61,863 nt of DNA from Candidatus Campbellbacteria bacterium (lineage in GTDB: Bacteria > Patescibacteriota > Minisyncoccia > Phycocordibacterales > EsbW-18), in the NCBI GenBank assembly GCA_045863475.1, contig BTUR01000002.1, positions 79,553 through 141,415 of the forward strand. The letters are read 5' to 3'. Below the pieces are notes generated by a model. The model made no database searches. It saw only the letters and a list, made by a program, of their open reading frames with translations, and had not been told where the DNA came from. Position 1 is the first letter of the stretch; each line of letters opens with the position of its first letter. Below are positions 46,549 to 55,310 of this stretch, piece after piece. The translations under genes and the position numbers were made by a program.

Positions 46549-47947
46549 GCGAACACAGATCAAAGACCTCGCGGGGCAGGCAGGACAGAGTGTTTCCATT
46601 TCCGGTTGGGTGGACGTACGGCGCGACCACGGAAAACTCATCTTTATTGACGTGCGCGACGAGACGGGAAAAGTGCAGGTGGTCGTCACACCAAAACAGC
46701 CTGAAGCGCACGACATCGCCTCGAAACTCCGTTCTGAGTGGGTCGTACGACTTGAAGGTGAGATAAAAGCGCGCCCTGAAAATCTGGTGAATGAAAACGA
46801 GCCCAACGGTTCAATTGAATTTGCAGCCACATCAATTACCGTCCTCTCGGAAGCGGCAACACCGCCGTTTGATCCGACGCAAGACACACTCGGCACCAAT
46901 GAAGAGACGCGCCTGAAACACCGCTACGTGGACCTCCGCTCGTCACGCATGCAGAAAAACATCCGCGTTAGAAGCGAGTGGGTGCAGTTGTGCCGCGAGT
47001 ATTTGTTCTCGCAGGGATTCGTTGAGATTGAAACGCCGCTGCTCTCGCAGGCAACACCCGAAGGCGCCCGTGACTTCCTTGTCCCGTCGCGCCATTTGCC
47101 CGGCAACTTCTACGCGCTCCCACAGTCACCCCAGCAGTACAAACAGCTCCTCATGGTTTCCGGATTTGAAAAATACTTCCAGATCGCGCGTTGTCTGCGC
47201 GATGAAGACCTCCGCGCCGACCGTGGTTTTGAATTCACCCAAATCGACTTGGAAATGGCATTCGTCACGCAAGACGACGTCATGAACACCATCGAGCAGA
47301 TGGTCATCTATGCGGCACAGAAGCTCAACCGACAGATAAAAGAAATCCCGTTCCCGCGCATCTCATACAAAGATGCGAAAGAAAAATACGGAGACGACAA
47401 ATTCGACCTCCGCACGCCGGAAGAAAAAGAGCAAGGCGTTTTGGCCTACGCATGGGTTGTTGATTTTCCGTTTTTCGAAAAAACCGACGACGGCAAGTGG
47501 ACGTTCTCGCACAACCCGTTCTCCATGCCGAAACCGGAACACCTGGAGTGGCACATGAAAGGAGAACACATTGAAGAGATTTCCACACAGCAGTACGACC
47601 TGGTCTGCAACGGCTATGAGTCAGGCGGCGGTTCCATCCGCGCACACCGACCTGAAATTCTTGAAGCGACGTACAAAATCATGGGGTACACGCCCGAGGA
47701 AATCAAAGACAGTGTCGGCCACATGCTTGAGGCGTTTTCGTACGGCGCACCGCCGCACGGCGGCATTGCACTCGGTGTGGAACGCAACATCATGAACCTC
47801 ACCGGCGAAACCTATTTGCGCGAAGTTATCGCATTCCCGATGACCGGAAAAGGAAACACCGCCGTCATGCATGCACCGAACCCGGCAACGCCCGCGCAAC
47901 TCAAAGAGCTTGGATTGTCAGTGCTTAAGAAGGACGAAAAGAAATAA
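46544..47947 (+). CDS. aspS: Aspartate--tRNA ligase (short form without the GAD insertion)
   Basis: N-terminal OB fold (GWV...RDHGKLIFIDVRD), FYALPQSPQ, FRDEDLRADR and GGGSIR motifs. Confidence 0.93.
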   Translation: MKRTQIKDLAGQAGQSVSISGWVDVRRDHGKLIFIDVRDETGKVQVVVTPKQPEAHDIASKLRSEWVVRLEGEIKARPENLVNENEPNGSIEFAATSITVLSEAATPPFDPTQDTLGTNEETRLKHRYVDLRSSRMQKNIRVRSEWVQLCREYLFSQGFVEIETPLLSQATPEGARDFLVPSRHLPGNFYALPQSPQQYKQLLMVSGFEKYFQIARCLRDEDLRADRGFEFTQIDLEMAFVTQDDVMNTIEQMVIYAAQKLNRQIKEIPFPRISYKDAKEKYGDDKFDLRTPEEKEQGVLAYAWVVDFPFFEKTDDGKWTFSHNPFSMPKPEHLEWHMKGEHIEEISTQQYDLVCNGYESGGGSIRAHRPEILEATYKIMGYTPEEIKDSVGHMLEAFSYGAPPHGGIALGVERNIMNLTGETYLREVIAFPMTGKGNTAVMHAPNPATPAQLKELGLSVLKKDEKK

Positions 47948-47955
47948 CCGCCGTC

Positions 47956-48714
47956 ATGAGCGAGCCGTTTGTCATCAAAACACCTGTCTTTGAGGGGCCG
48001 CTTGAGCTTCTGCTTACGCTTATTGAAAAGCACAAGCTCCACATCAGCGACATCGCGCTTTCGACCGTTGCCGACGAATACATGGAACACGTGCGGAAGC
48101 TTTCCGAGTTTCCGACGCGCGACGTCGCACAATTTGTTTTGGTGGCATCAACACTGGTCCTCATCAAGTCGCGCTCGCTCTTGCCGGAATTTAACCTGAC
48201 GACTGAAGAAGAGACCAATATTCAAGACCTCCAGGACCGTCTGCGCCTCTACCAGCGCGCACGGGAATTGAGCAAACACGTCGCCGAGCGCTTCGGAAAG
48301 CGCATGATGTTCCCGCGGCAGGAGACCGCGCTTTCATTTGCGCCGGTGTTTGCGCCGCATGAGTCCATCACAACCTCGCGTATTTTTGAATCACTCCGCG
48401 GCGTCATTGCGCGCTTGCCGAAGGTAGAGAAGATGCAGAAAGCCGTCGTAGAGAAAATTATGTCTCTGGAGGAAATGATGGGGAATCTTACCGGCCGCAT
48501 CCAGCGGGCGATTTCCATGCGCTTCTCGGAATTTGCAAAAACCCACGCGCAGGACAAAACGACACAGCGCGAGGTAAAAGCACACACTATCGTTTCATTT
48601 CTTGCTATGCTGGAGCTCGTCAAACAGGGAATGCTTGCTGCGCGACAGCAGGCGATGTTCTCCGACATTGAAATGGAGAGTACAACCCTGGGGACCCCGC
48701 GCTACACCCCATGA
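47956..48714 (+). CDS. scpA: Segregation and condensation protein A
   Basis: FEGPLELLLTLIEKHKL.I.DI motif. The last codons and the TGA stop lie inside the left arm of element B2. Confidence 0.9.
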   Translation: MSEPFVIKTPVFEGPLELLLTLIEKHKLHISDIALSTVADEYMEHVRKLSEFPTRDVAQFVLVASTLVLIKSRSLLPEFNLTTEEETNIQDLQDRLRLYQRARELSKHVAERFGKRMMFPRQETALSFAPVFAPHESITTSRIFESLRGVIARLPKVEKMQKAVVEKIMSLEEMMGNLTGRIQRAISMRFSEFAKTHAQDKTTQREVKAHTIVSFLAMLELVKQGMLAARQQAMFSDIEMESTTLGTPRYTP

Positions 48715-48808
48715 GATATATGCACCTACACCTTGATACCCTAAAAATCTCTCCGTGGTCCTATAAAGTCCACAGTATTTATTGCTCGCTATATCTCACG
48801 GGGTACAC
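48703..48808. repeat. Type B inverted-repeat element, copy B2, bridging scpA and scpB
   Basis: Left arm TACACCCCATGAGATAT and right arm ATATCTCACGGGGTACAC. The inner 14 positions pair with one mismatch. A 34-codon ORF (48711-48815) starts in an ATGA overlap with the scpA stop and ends 3 nt before the scpB ATG. Confidence 0.7.
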
Positions 48809-48818
48809 CACGTAAACC

Positions 48819-49403
48819 ATGACACCGCTCGCATCACAACTTGAATCCGTTTTGTTTTTCAAAGGCGAGCCCGTTTCGCGGCGTGAGCTAAGCCACATGC
48901 TCGCGGTATCTGAACACGACATTGAAACAGCGGCTGAGGAGTTGCGCGAACACCTGGAGCGCGAGAAACGCGGCATCCGCGTGATGAAAAACGGCAACGA
49001 CTACCAGTTGGCAACCGCGCCGGAGATGTCGGGCAAAATCGAGGCACTTATAAAAGAAGACCTCCAAAAAGAGCTTGGCAAAGCGGGACTTGAGACGCTC
49101 TCCATCGTTTTGTACTACGGACCCATAACGCGCGCCCGCATTGATTACATCCGCGGCGTGAATTCATCGTTTTCGGTTCGCGCACTCTCTATTCGCGGAC
49201 TCATTGACCGCGCGGAGAACCCGCACGACCAGCGCTCGTTCGTCTACACGCCGTCACTGCAACTGCTTTCATACTTGGGCGTCGCTGACGTGTCGCAGTT
49301 GCCCGAGTACACGCAACTGCGCGAGGAGATCGCGAATTTTGAAGCGCATACAAAAGACAACGACAAGGAGCACGCGCAAGAAAACCCCGAGACAACCGTC
49401 TAG
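48819..49403 (+). CDS. scpB: Segregation and condensation protein B
   Basis: ES.LFF.GEPVS...L and a winged-helix repeat (ITRA.ID.IRGV). Confidence 0.9.
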   Translation: MTPLASQLESVLFFKGEPVSRRELSHMLAVSEHDIETAAEELREHLEREKRGIRVMKNGNDYQLATAPEMSGKIEALIKEDLQKELGKAGLETLSIVLYYGPITRARIDYIRGVNSSFSVRALSIRGLIDRAENPHDQRSFVYTPSLQLLSYLGVADVSQLPEYTQLREEIANFEAHTKDNDKEHAQENPETTV

Positions 49404-49408
49404 AGCCT

Positions 49409-50317
49409 ATGCCGTACCACAACACCATGCGACATATCCCGTATATCCTCGTGTCCGTCATCGCTCTTACGGCAGCCGCACTGCTTGCTGTTTCATTTTT
49501 ACTCAAAAGTCCGGAGCCGGAGCTACAGACTATTGAAGCCGCGAGCACAACACCTCAACTTACCGTCAGCGGCCTGGAAGCGAAAGCGGCGTTGGTCTTA
49601 GACGTCCGCAACAACCGCGTGCTGTATGAACTCAATGCCGACGATCAGCTCCCGCTGGCCTCCATCACCAAAATTCTCACCGTGCTTGTCGCACACGAAC
49701 TGTTTCCCACAGGAACAATCATCACCATAACGGAGGGCGCGCTTGCCGAGGAAGGGGAGAGCGGACTTTCGCTCGGCGAGCAGTGGGACATTGATAACCT
49801 GCTCAAGTTTGTCCTCGTGACGTCGTCCAACGACGGCGCTGCCGCTCTGCGCGATACGTACAACGCGCTCGGCGGTGAAGCATTCGTACCTTCAATGGAC
49901 CGCCGGGCGAGGGAGCTGGGGCTTCTGTCATTCTCCATCCGCAACGCCACGGGACTGGATGCGTCTGACACGCTCCGCGCGACAAACTACGGCTCCGCGC
50001 GTGATGTTGCAACACTCTTTTTGCACGCCCTGCGCGAAATACCCGACATCCTGGACGCAACACGGGCGGGCACGGAATCCGTCTCGTCGCTCTCACGCGT
50101 ACACAAAGTTTCAAACACCAACGAAATCATCGATTCCATCCCGAATGCGGTCGGCGGCAAGACCGGATTTACCGACGCGGCCGGCGGCAACCTCGTCATG
50201 TCATTTGATCGCGACATCGGCAGCCCTATCATCGTCGTGGTGCTAGGGTCAAGTAAAGAAGGGAGGTTCACCGACATGCAAAAGCTCGTTGCGGCCGTTC
50301 GCACACAGGGTCTGTAA
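49409..50317 (+). CDS. dacB: D-alanyl-D-alanine carboxypeptidase (S11 penicillin-binding protein)
   Basis: SITK (SxxK), SSN (SxN) and KTGFT (KTG) motifs with an N-terminal anchor. Confidence 0.85.
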   Translation: MPYHNTMRHIPYILVSVIALTAAALLAVSFLLKSPEPELQTIEAASTTPQLTVSGLEAKAALVLDVRNNRVLYELNADDQLPLASITKILTVLVAHELFPTGTIITITEGALAEEGESGLSLGEQWDIDNLLKFVLVTSSNDGAAALRDTYNALGGEAFVPSMDRRARELGLLSFSIRNATGLDASDTLRATNYGSARDVATLFLHALREIPDILDATRAGTESVSSLSRVHKVSNTNEIIDSIPNAVGGKTGFTDAAGGNLVMSFDRDIGSPIIVVVLGSSKEGRFTDMQKLVAAVRTQGL

Positions 50318-50320
50318 GAG

Positions 50321-50388
50321 GTACACCCCATGAGATACACGTGAGATACCCTGTACCGACTTTTTATTCCTTATCTCACGGGGTACAC
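50321..50388. repeat. Type B inverted-repeat element, copy B3, between dac and mraY
   Basis: GTACACCCCATGAGATA (50321-50337) and TATCTCACGGGGTACAC (50372-50388), with an internal partial arm copy ACGTGAGATACC. A GGTAC/GTACC hairpin plus TTTTTATT lies inside. Confidence 0.75.
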
Positions 50389-50398
50389 TAGGAGGCAT

Positions 50399-51457
50399 AT
50401 GGAGATTATCGACGCAATCAAAATCATCGCACCGACAACCTTCTCCTTTTTTATCGGCATCCTCGTGACGCCGGTGATTACGCACTACCTCTACGCGAAA
50501 AGCATCTGGAAAAAACGGGCGGGGAACACCAAAGGCCTCGGTGACGATAAAGGAACGCCGATTTTCAATGAATTGCACAAGGAGCGTGAAGTGAAAACGC
50601 CGCGCATGGGCGGACTCGTCGTTGTATTTTCCGTTGCACTCACCGTTATTTCGTTCTGGTTATTGTCATACCTCGGCACCGGCGGCCCGTCCGGCAAAAT
50701 CGACTTTCTGTCACGCACGCAGACGTGGATTCCGCTTGCAGGATTTTTGCTCGGTGCCATCGTCGGCTTCATTGAAGACCTTGTTGTTGTTTCCTCATCG
50801 CCCCGATTCCCCGACGGACTGCCGTTTCGCTACCGCGCACTGCCACTGTTGCTGTTTGGTGTGTTCACCGCATGGTGGTTTTATGAGAAGCTCGGCATCT
50901 CGGAAGTATTTGTGCCGTTTTACGGACACGTAGACCTCGGAATCTGGTTTATCCCGTTTTTCCTTGTTGTTCTGCTCTCGATCCTGGCCTCCGGCATCAT
51001 CGACGGCATCGACGGACTCTCCGGTGGGGTGCTCGCAACCGTGTTTTCAGCACTCGGCGTTATCGCGGCATTTAACGACCAAATCAACATCTCCGCACTC
51101 TCATTCGTGATTGTCGGCGGACTCTTAGCCTTTTTGTGGTTTAACATTCCGCCGGCGCGTTTCTACCTCACTGAAGTCGGCTTTTTGCCGCTGGCAATTG
51201 CGCTGACCATCATTGCATTTCTCACCGACACGGTGCTGTTACTCCCGATTATCGCGTTCGTGCAATTCATCACGGTGGCGACGAATATCATGCAGGTTGC
51301 GTCAAAGAAGTTTCGCGGCAAGAAAATTTTCCTTGTCGCACCCATTCATCACCACTTTGAAGCCCTCGGCTGGCCGCCATACAAAGTCGTCATGCGGTAC
51401 TGGGTGCTCTCCGTCATCTGCGCGACTATCGGCGTCCTCCTGGCACTCCTGGGCTAA
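50399..51457 (+). CDS. mraY: Phospho-N-acetylmuramoyl-pentapeptide transferase
   Basis: Multi-TM protein with KxxTPxMGG, DGIDGL and APIHHHFE motifs. Confidence 0.95.
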   Translation: MEIIDAIKIIAPTTFSFFIGILVTPVITHYLYAKSIWKKRAGNTKGLGDDKGTPIFNELHKEREVKTPRMGGLVVVFSVALTVISFWLLSYLGTGGPSGKIDFLSRTQTWIPLAGFLLGAIVGFIEDLVVVSSSPRFPDGLPFRYRALPLLLFGVFTAWWFYEKLGISEVFVPFYGHVDLGIWFIPFFLVVLLSILASGIIDGIDGLSGGVLATVFSALGVIAAFNDQINISALSFVIVGGLLAFLWFNIPPARFYLTEVGFLPLAIALTIIAFLTDTVLLLPIIAFVQFITVATNIMQVASKKFRGKKIFLVAPIHHHFEALGWPPYKVVMRYWVLSVICATIGVLLALLG

Positions 51458-51475
51458 GCCCTGTTCGCTTTTGTC

Positions 51476-51604
51476 ATGAATCCCGTTAGAGATTCTTCAG
51501 TTATGAACTTCGACTTTAGTGCCAAAAAAGATTTTTATTCGGATGCAAGCAAAGGTGCAATAACCACGGAAACGCAAAGCGTTTCCTACCTCTAACAGGA
51601 TGAA
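51476..51604 (+). repeat. Type A start-codon inverted-repeat element, copy A6, at the ftsW start
   Basis: IR TCCCGTTAGAG (51481-51491) and CTCTAACAGGA (51590-51600), 10 of 11 paired. ATGAA at 51476-51480 and 51600-51604. A 39-codon ORF runs from the left ATG to the TAA in the right IR. Confidence 0.75.
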
Positions 51605-52700
51605 GAAAAAAGTTGATAAGCCGTTTTTGTTCATCATCATAGCTCTGGTGTCACTCGGCTTTTTTGCGTTTATGTCGGCGTCCCTGGGACTCTTGGCACG
51701 CGAGAGTGTGGATACGGTGGGGCAGGTGGTCAATCAAGCTGTTGCAATCGTCATCGGTATTGCGGCGCTTGCCGTCGCGATGCGTTTGTCTCCGGAGTTC
51801 TGGAACAAATACGCGTTTTACCTGTTTCTTGCCGCAATCGTCGCGACATTTCTCGTGTTTGTGCCGGGCCTCGGGTTTGAACACGCCGGCGCGCGCCGTT
51901 GGATTGATGTAGGAATCGGACCCTCCATACAACCCGCTGAGTTTCTCAAGTTTGCATTCATTCTTTACTACGCGGCATGGTGCGCGGCAGTCCAACGAAA
52001 GATACACACGCTCTCCTACAGCATCGTCCCGCTCCTTGTGTTGCTTGCGGTGTGCGCGGTGCCGCTCATCCTCCAACCTGACTACGGAACACTCATCATT
52101 ATCGGTGCCACGGGCTTTGCAATGCTCATTGCCGCAGGCGCCTCGTGGAAACACACCGGTGCACTCGCACTCGCGGGTATTGCGTTTGTCGCTCTGGTGG
52201 GGACGACCGTGCCGTACATTCAAGACCGCCTCGTGACGTTCCTCGACCCCGGCCGCGACCCACAGGGCGCCGGCTACCAAATTCAGCAGTCGCTCATTGC
52301 CATCGGTTCAGGACACATCACCGGCAGGGGATTCGGCCAGAGCGTGCAGAAATTCAACTTCCTGCCGGAACCCGTCGGCGACTCCATCTTTGCGGTGTTT
52401 GCGGAAGAGTGGGGATTCGTCGGTGCTGTCGCGCTCATTGCGATGTTCATCGCGTTTTTGTCGCGCGGGTACCGGATTGCGATACGCGCGCCCAAAACGT
52501 TTTCACGCATCGTTGTCGTCGGCTTCATTACGTCCATTACCGTCCAGTCCTTCATGAATATGGGCTCCATGTTGGGCGTCATGCCGCTCACCGGCGATCC
52601 GCTGGCATTCGTTTCCCAAGGAGGTACCGCCATCGTCATGACACTCTTGGCCGTGGGCGTCGTGCTGTCGGTCTCCCGGACTATTCCCGCTCAAGCCTAA
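51600..52700 (+). CDS. ftsW: SEDS-family peptidoglycan polymerase FtsW
   Basis: Ten-TM FtsW/RodA pattern (QPSEF-like QPAEFLK, and DSIFAV.AEE.G). It lies between mraY and murG. Confidence 0.9.
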   Translation: MKKKVDKPFLFIIIALVSLGFFAFMSASLGLLARESVDTVGQVVNQAVAIVIGIAALAVAMRLSPEFWNKYAFYLFLAAIVATFLVFVPGLGFEHAGARRWIDVGIGPSIQPAEFLKFAFILYYAAWCAAVQRKIHTLSYSIVPLLVLLAVCAVPLILQPDYGTLIIIGATGFAMLIAAGASWKHTGALALAGIAFVALVGTTVPYIQDRLVTFLDPGRDPQGAGYQIQQSLIAIGSGHITGRGFGQSVQKFNFLPEPVGDSIFAVFAEEWGFVGAVALIAMFIAFLSRGYRIAIRAPKTFSRIVVVGFITSITVQSFMNMGSMLGVMPLTGDPLAFVSQGGTAIVMTLLAVGVVLSVSRTIPAQA

Positions 52701-52721
52701 AAGACGCAGGGGCGGTTTTTT

Positions 52722-52793
52722 GGTATACCCCGTGAGATATGGGGTCTTTTTTATGTTGTAGAACCTTTAGTTTTGGTATCTCACGGGGTATAC
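52722..52793. repeat. Type B inverted-repeat element, copy B4, between ftsW and murG
   Basis: GTATACCCCGTGAGATA (52723-52739) pairs with TATCTCACGGGGTATAC (52777-52793): a 17-bp perfect IR. Inside is a terminator-like hairpin, ACCCC..GGGGT plus TCTTTTTTAT. Confidence 0.8.
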
Positions 52794-52831
52794 TGAAAGG
52801 GCATTGGTATCGTTACCTGTGCTCATATTTC

Positions 52832-53986
52832 ATGCGAATTGTACTTACAGGAGGAGGATCCGGCGGCCACTTTTACCCGATGATTGCGGTGGCGCAGCAA
52901 ATCAGAGTGCTTGCGAAAGAAGACAAACTTATCGAGCCTGATTTGATTTACATGGCGACGGAGGAGTACGATCCCGACGCGCTGTTTGAGAACAATATTT
53001 CGTTTAAGCACATCAACGCAGGGAAACGGCGTCGGTACACGTCCATTCTGAATTTTTTTGACCTCTTTAAGACGGGCCTCGGCGTTATCAAGGCGATGCT
53101 CAAACTCTTTTTTGTTTTTCCTGACGTCGTGTTTTCCAAAGGCGGGTATGCAAGCGTCCCTGTGGTGCTCGCGGCGCGCGTATTTGGCATTCCTGTCATC
53201 ATCCACGAATCAGACGCCGTCCCAGGGAAGGCGAACGTGTGGGCCGCGAAGTATGCGCGCCGCATCGCCGTCTCATACCCGGAGTCAGCCGAGATTTTCC
53301 GCGCGCTCGTCGCCAAAAAGAAAAAAGCTCCGGAGATTGCAGTGACCGGCAACCCGGTGCGCCACGAAATGCAGACACTGAGCCCCGCAGGTGCGCACGA
53401 ATTTCTTAAACTCTCGCACGACATACCGACCGTGCTCGTGCTCGGCGGCTCGCAGGGCGCAACCACGATCAACGAAACGCTTATTGAAACCCTGCCTGAG
53501 CTTGTCACGCGGTACCAAATCATTCACCAGACCGGCAAAGCGAATTTTGAAATCACAAAGCGCAGTGCGGAGATGATACTGGAGAATAACCCGAATGCGT
53601 CACGCTACGTGCCGTTTCCGTTTCTCAACGTGGTGGCGATGCGCATGGCAGCCGGCGCCGCGGACCTCATCATTTCGCGCGCGGGTTCCGGAGCGATTTT
53701 TGAAATTGCACTGTGGGGCAAGCCGTCCATTCTCATTCCGATTCCGGAAGATGTGAGCCACGACCAAAAGCACAACGCGTTTGCCTACGCGCGCACCGGC
53801 GCATCCGTCGTCGTCGCACAGGAAAATCTCACACCACACCTGTTAACCTCTGAAATCACACGACTTATGGATTCTCAGGACGAGCGGGAAAAAATGAGCA
53901 GGGAAGCGAAGGCCTTCTCCCAACCGGACGCGGCCCGCAAAATAGCCCGCGAAGTGCTCGATGTCGCACTTGAACACGAGGAATAA
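52832..53986 (+). CDS. murG: UDP-N-acetylglucosamine--N-acetylmuramyl-(pentapeptide) pyrophosphoryl-undecaprenol GlcNAc transferase
   Basis: GGGSGGHFYP motif. The start was moved to MRIVLTGGG. The longer track ORF begins inside element B4. Confidence 0.93.
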   Translation: MRIVLTGGGSGGHFYPMIAVAQQIRVLAKEDKLIEPDLIYMATEEYDPDALFENNISFKHINAGKRRRYTSILNFFDLFKTGLGVIKAMLKLFFVFPDVVFSKGGYASVPVVLAARVFGIPVIIHESDAVPGKANVWAAKYARRIAVSYPESAEIFRALVAKKKKAPEIAVTGNPVRHEMQTLSPAGAHEFLKLSHDIPTVLVLGGSQGATTINETLIETLPELVTRYQIIHQTGKANFEITKRSAEMILENNPNASRYVPFPFLNVVAMRMAAGAADLIISRAGSGAIFEIALWGKPSILIPIPEDVSHDQKHNAFAYARTGASVVVAQENLTPHLLTSEITRLMDSQDEREKMSREAKAFSQPDAARKIAREVLDVALEHEE

Positions 53987-53987
53987 C

Positions 53988-55310
53988 ATGACTACTGTCA
54001 CCACACGATTTGCGCCTTCACCGACCGGCTTCCTGCACATGGGAGGTGTCCGCACCGCGCTGTACAACTATCTCTACGCCCGCAAACACAAGGGAACCTT
54101 TGTCCTGCGCATTGAAGACACCGACGTTGCACGCAACCGCGATGAATGGGCACAGGGGCTCGTGGACGACCTCGCCTGGCTGGGACTCACGCACGACACC
54201 TTCGCCAAGCAGTCGGAGCGGACGGCGCTGTATCGCGAGGCTGTTACGAAACTAATTGACTCCGGACACGCATACATATCGAAGGAAACACCCACCGAAG
54301 AAGGTCAGCGAAGCGAGGTGGTGCGTTTTCGCAATCCGAACACTACCGTGACACTCACCGATCTCATTCGCGGAGAGGTTTCCGTGGACACAACCGACTT
54401 GAAGGATTTTGTCATTGCGCGCTCCGTGGATGAGCCGTTGTACCACCTTGCCGTCGTTATTGACGATGCGTTGATGGGTGTGACCCACGTCATCCGCGCG
54501 GAGGAACACCTCTCCAACACCCCGCGCCAAATTCTCATCCAGGAAGCGCTCGGCTACCAGCGCCCGACGTACGCGCACCTGCCGCTGGTGCTGGCACCGG
54601 ATAAAAGCAAACTTTCAAAACGAAAACACGGCGAAGCGGTGTCGCTGACGCACTATCGCTCTCGCGGCTACCTGCCCGCGGCAATTCTCAACTTCCTCCT
54701 GCTCATCGGCTGGAACCCGGGCACCGACCAGGAATTTTTTACACTGGATGAGATGATTGCACAGTTTGATCTTTCAAAAGTGCAGAAGGGAGGTGCGGTG
54801 TTCAATGTTGAAAAACTCGACTGGATCAACAAGCACTACATTGCACAAATGACGGCAGACGAGCAGTGGGACTGGATTGACCGCTTCACACCGGCCGAGT
54901 ACGACCGTGCGGTGCTGAAAAAAATTCAGGCACTCATCGCAGACCGTATTTCCGCGTTCGGCGAAATTTCCGAATTGTTTGCAAAAAGAGAGTTCACGTA
55001 CTTTTTCACAGCACCCTCGTACGATGCTGTTCCGCTTGCATGGAAAGACACCCCGAAGGAAACCGCCCAAGCGCATTTACAACGCATTGTGGAGCTTCTC
55101 ACGTCTCTGGAAGGCTCGTTTGATGCAGCAACGGTCAAGACGGCCGTCTGGGAGTACGCGGAAGCAGAGGGCCGCGGCGCAGTCCTGTGGCCGATGCGTG
55201 TTGCGCTCTCCGGACAAGAGAAATCTGTTGACCCATTCACCATTGCCGGCATTTTGGGCAAAGACGAAACACTCTCACGGCTCTCAGCCGCGATTGCACA
55301 CCTTTCATGA
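53988..55310 (+). CDS. gltX: Glutamate--tRNA ligase
   Basis: RFAPSPTGFLHMGG (HIGH region) and KLSKR motifs. The start was moved to MTTVTTRF. Confidence 0.93.
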   Translation: MTTVTTRFAPSPTGFLHMGGVRTALYNYLYARKHKGTFVLRIEDTDVARNRDEWAQGLVDDLAWLGLTHDTFAKQSERTALYREAVTKLIDSGHAYISKETPTEEGQRSEVVRFRNPNTTVTLTDLIRGEVSVDTTDLKDFVIARSVDEPLYHLAVVIDDALMGVTHVIRAEEHLSNTPRQILIQEALGYQRPTYAHLPLVLAPDKSKLSKRKHGEAVSLTHYRSRGYLPAAILNFLLLIGWNPGTDQEFFTLDEMIAQFDLSKVQKGGAVFNVEKLDWINKHYIAQMTADEQWDWIDRFTPAEYDRAVLKKIQALIADRISAFGEISELFAKREFTYFFTAPSYDAVPLAWKDTPKETAQAHLQRIVELLTSLEGSFDAATVKTAVWEYAEAEGRGAVLWPMRVALSGQEKSVDPFTIAGILGKDETLSRLSAAIAHLS

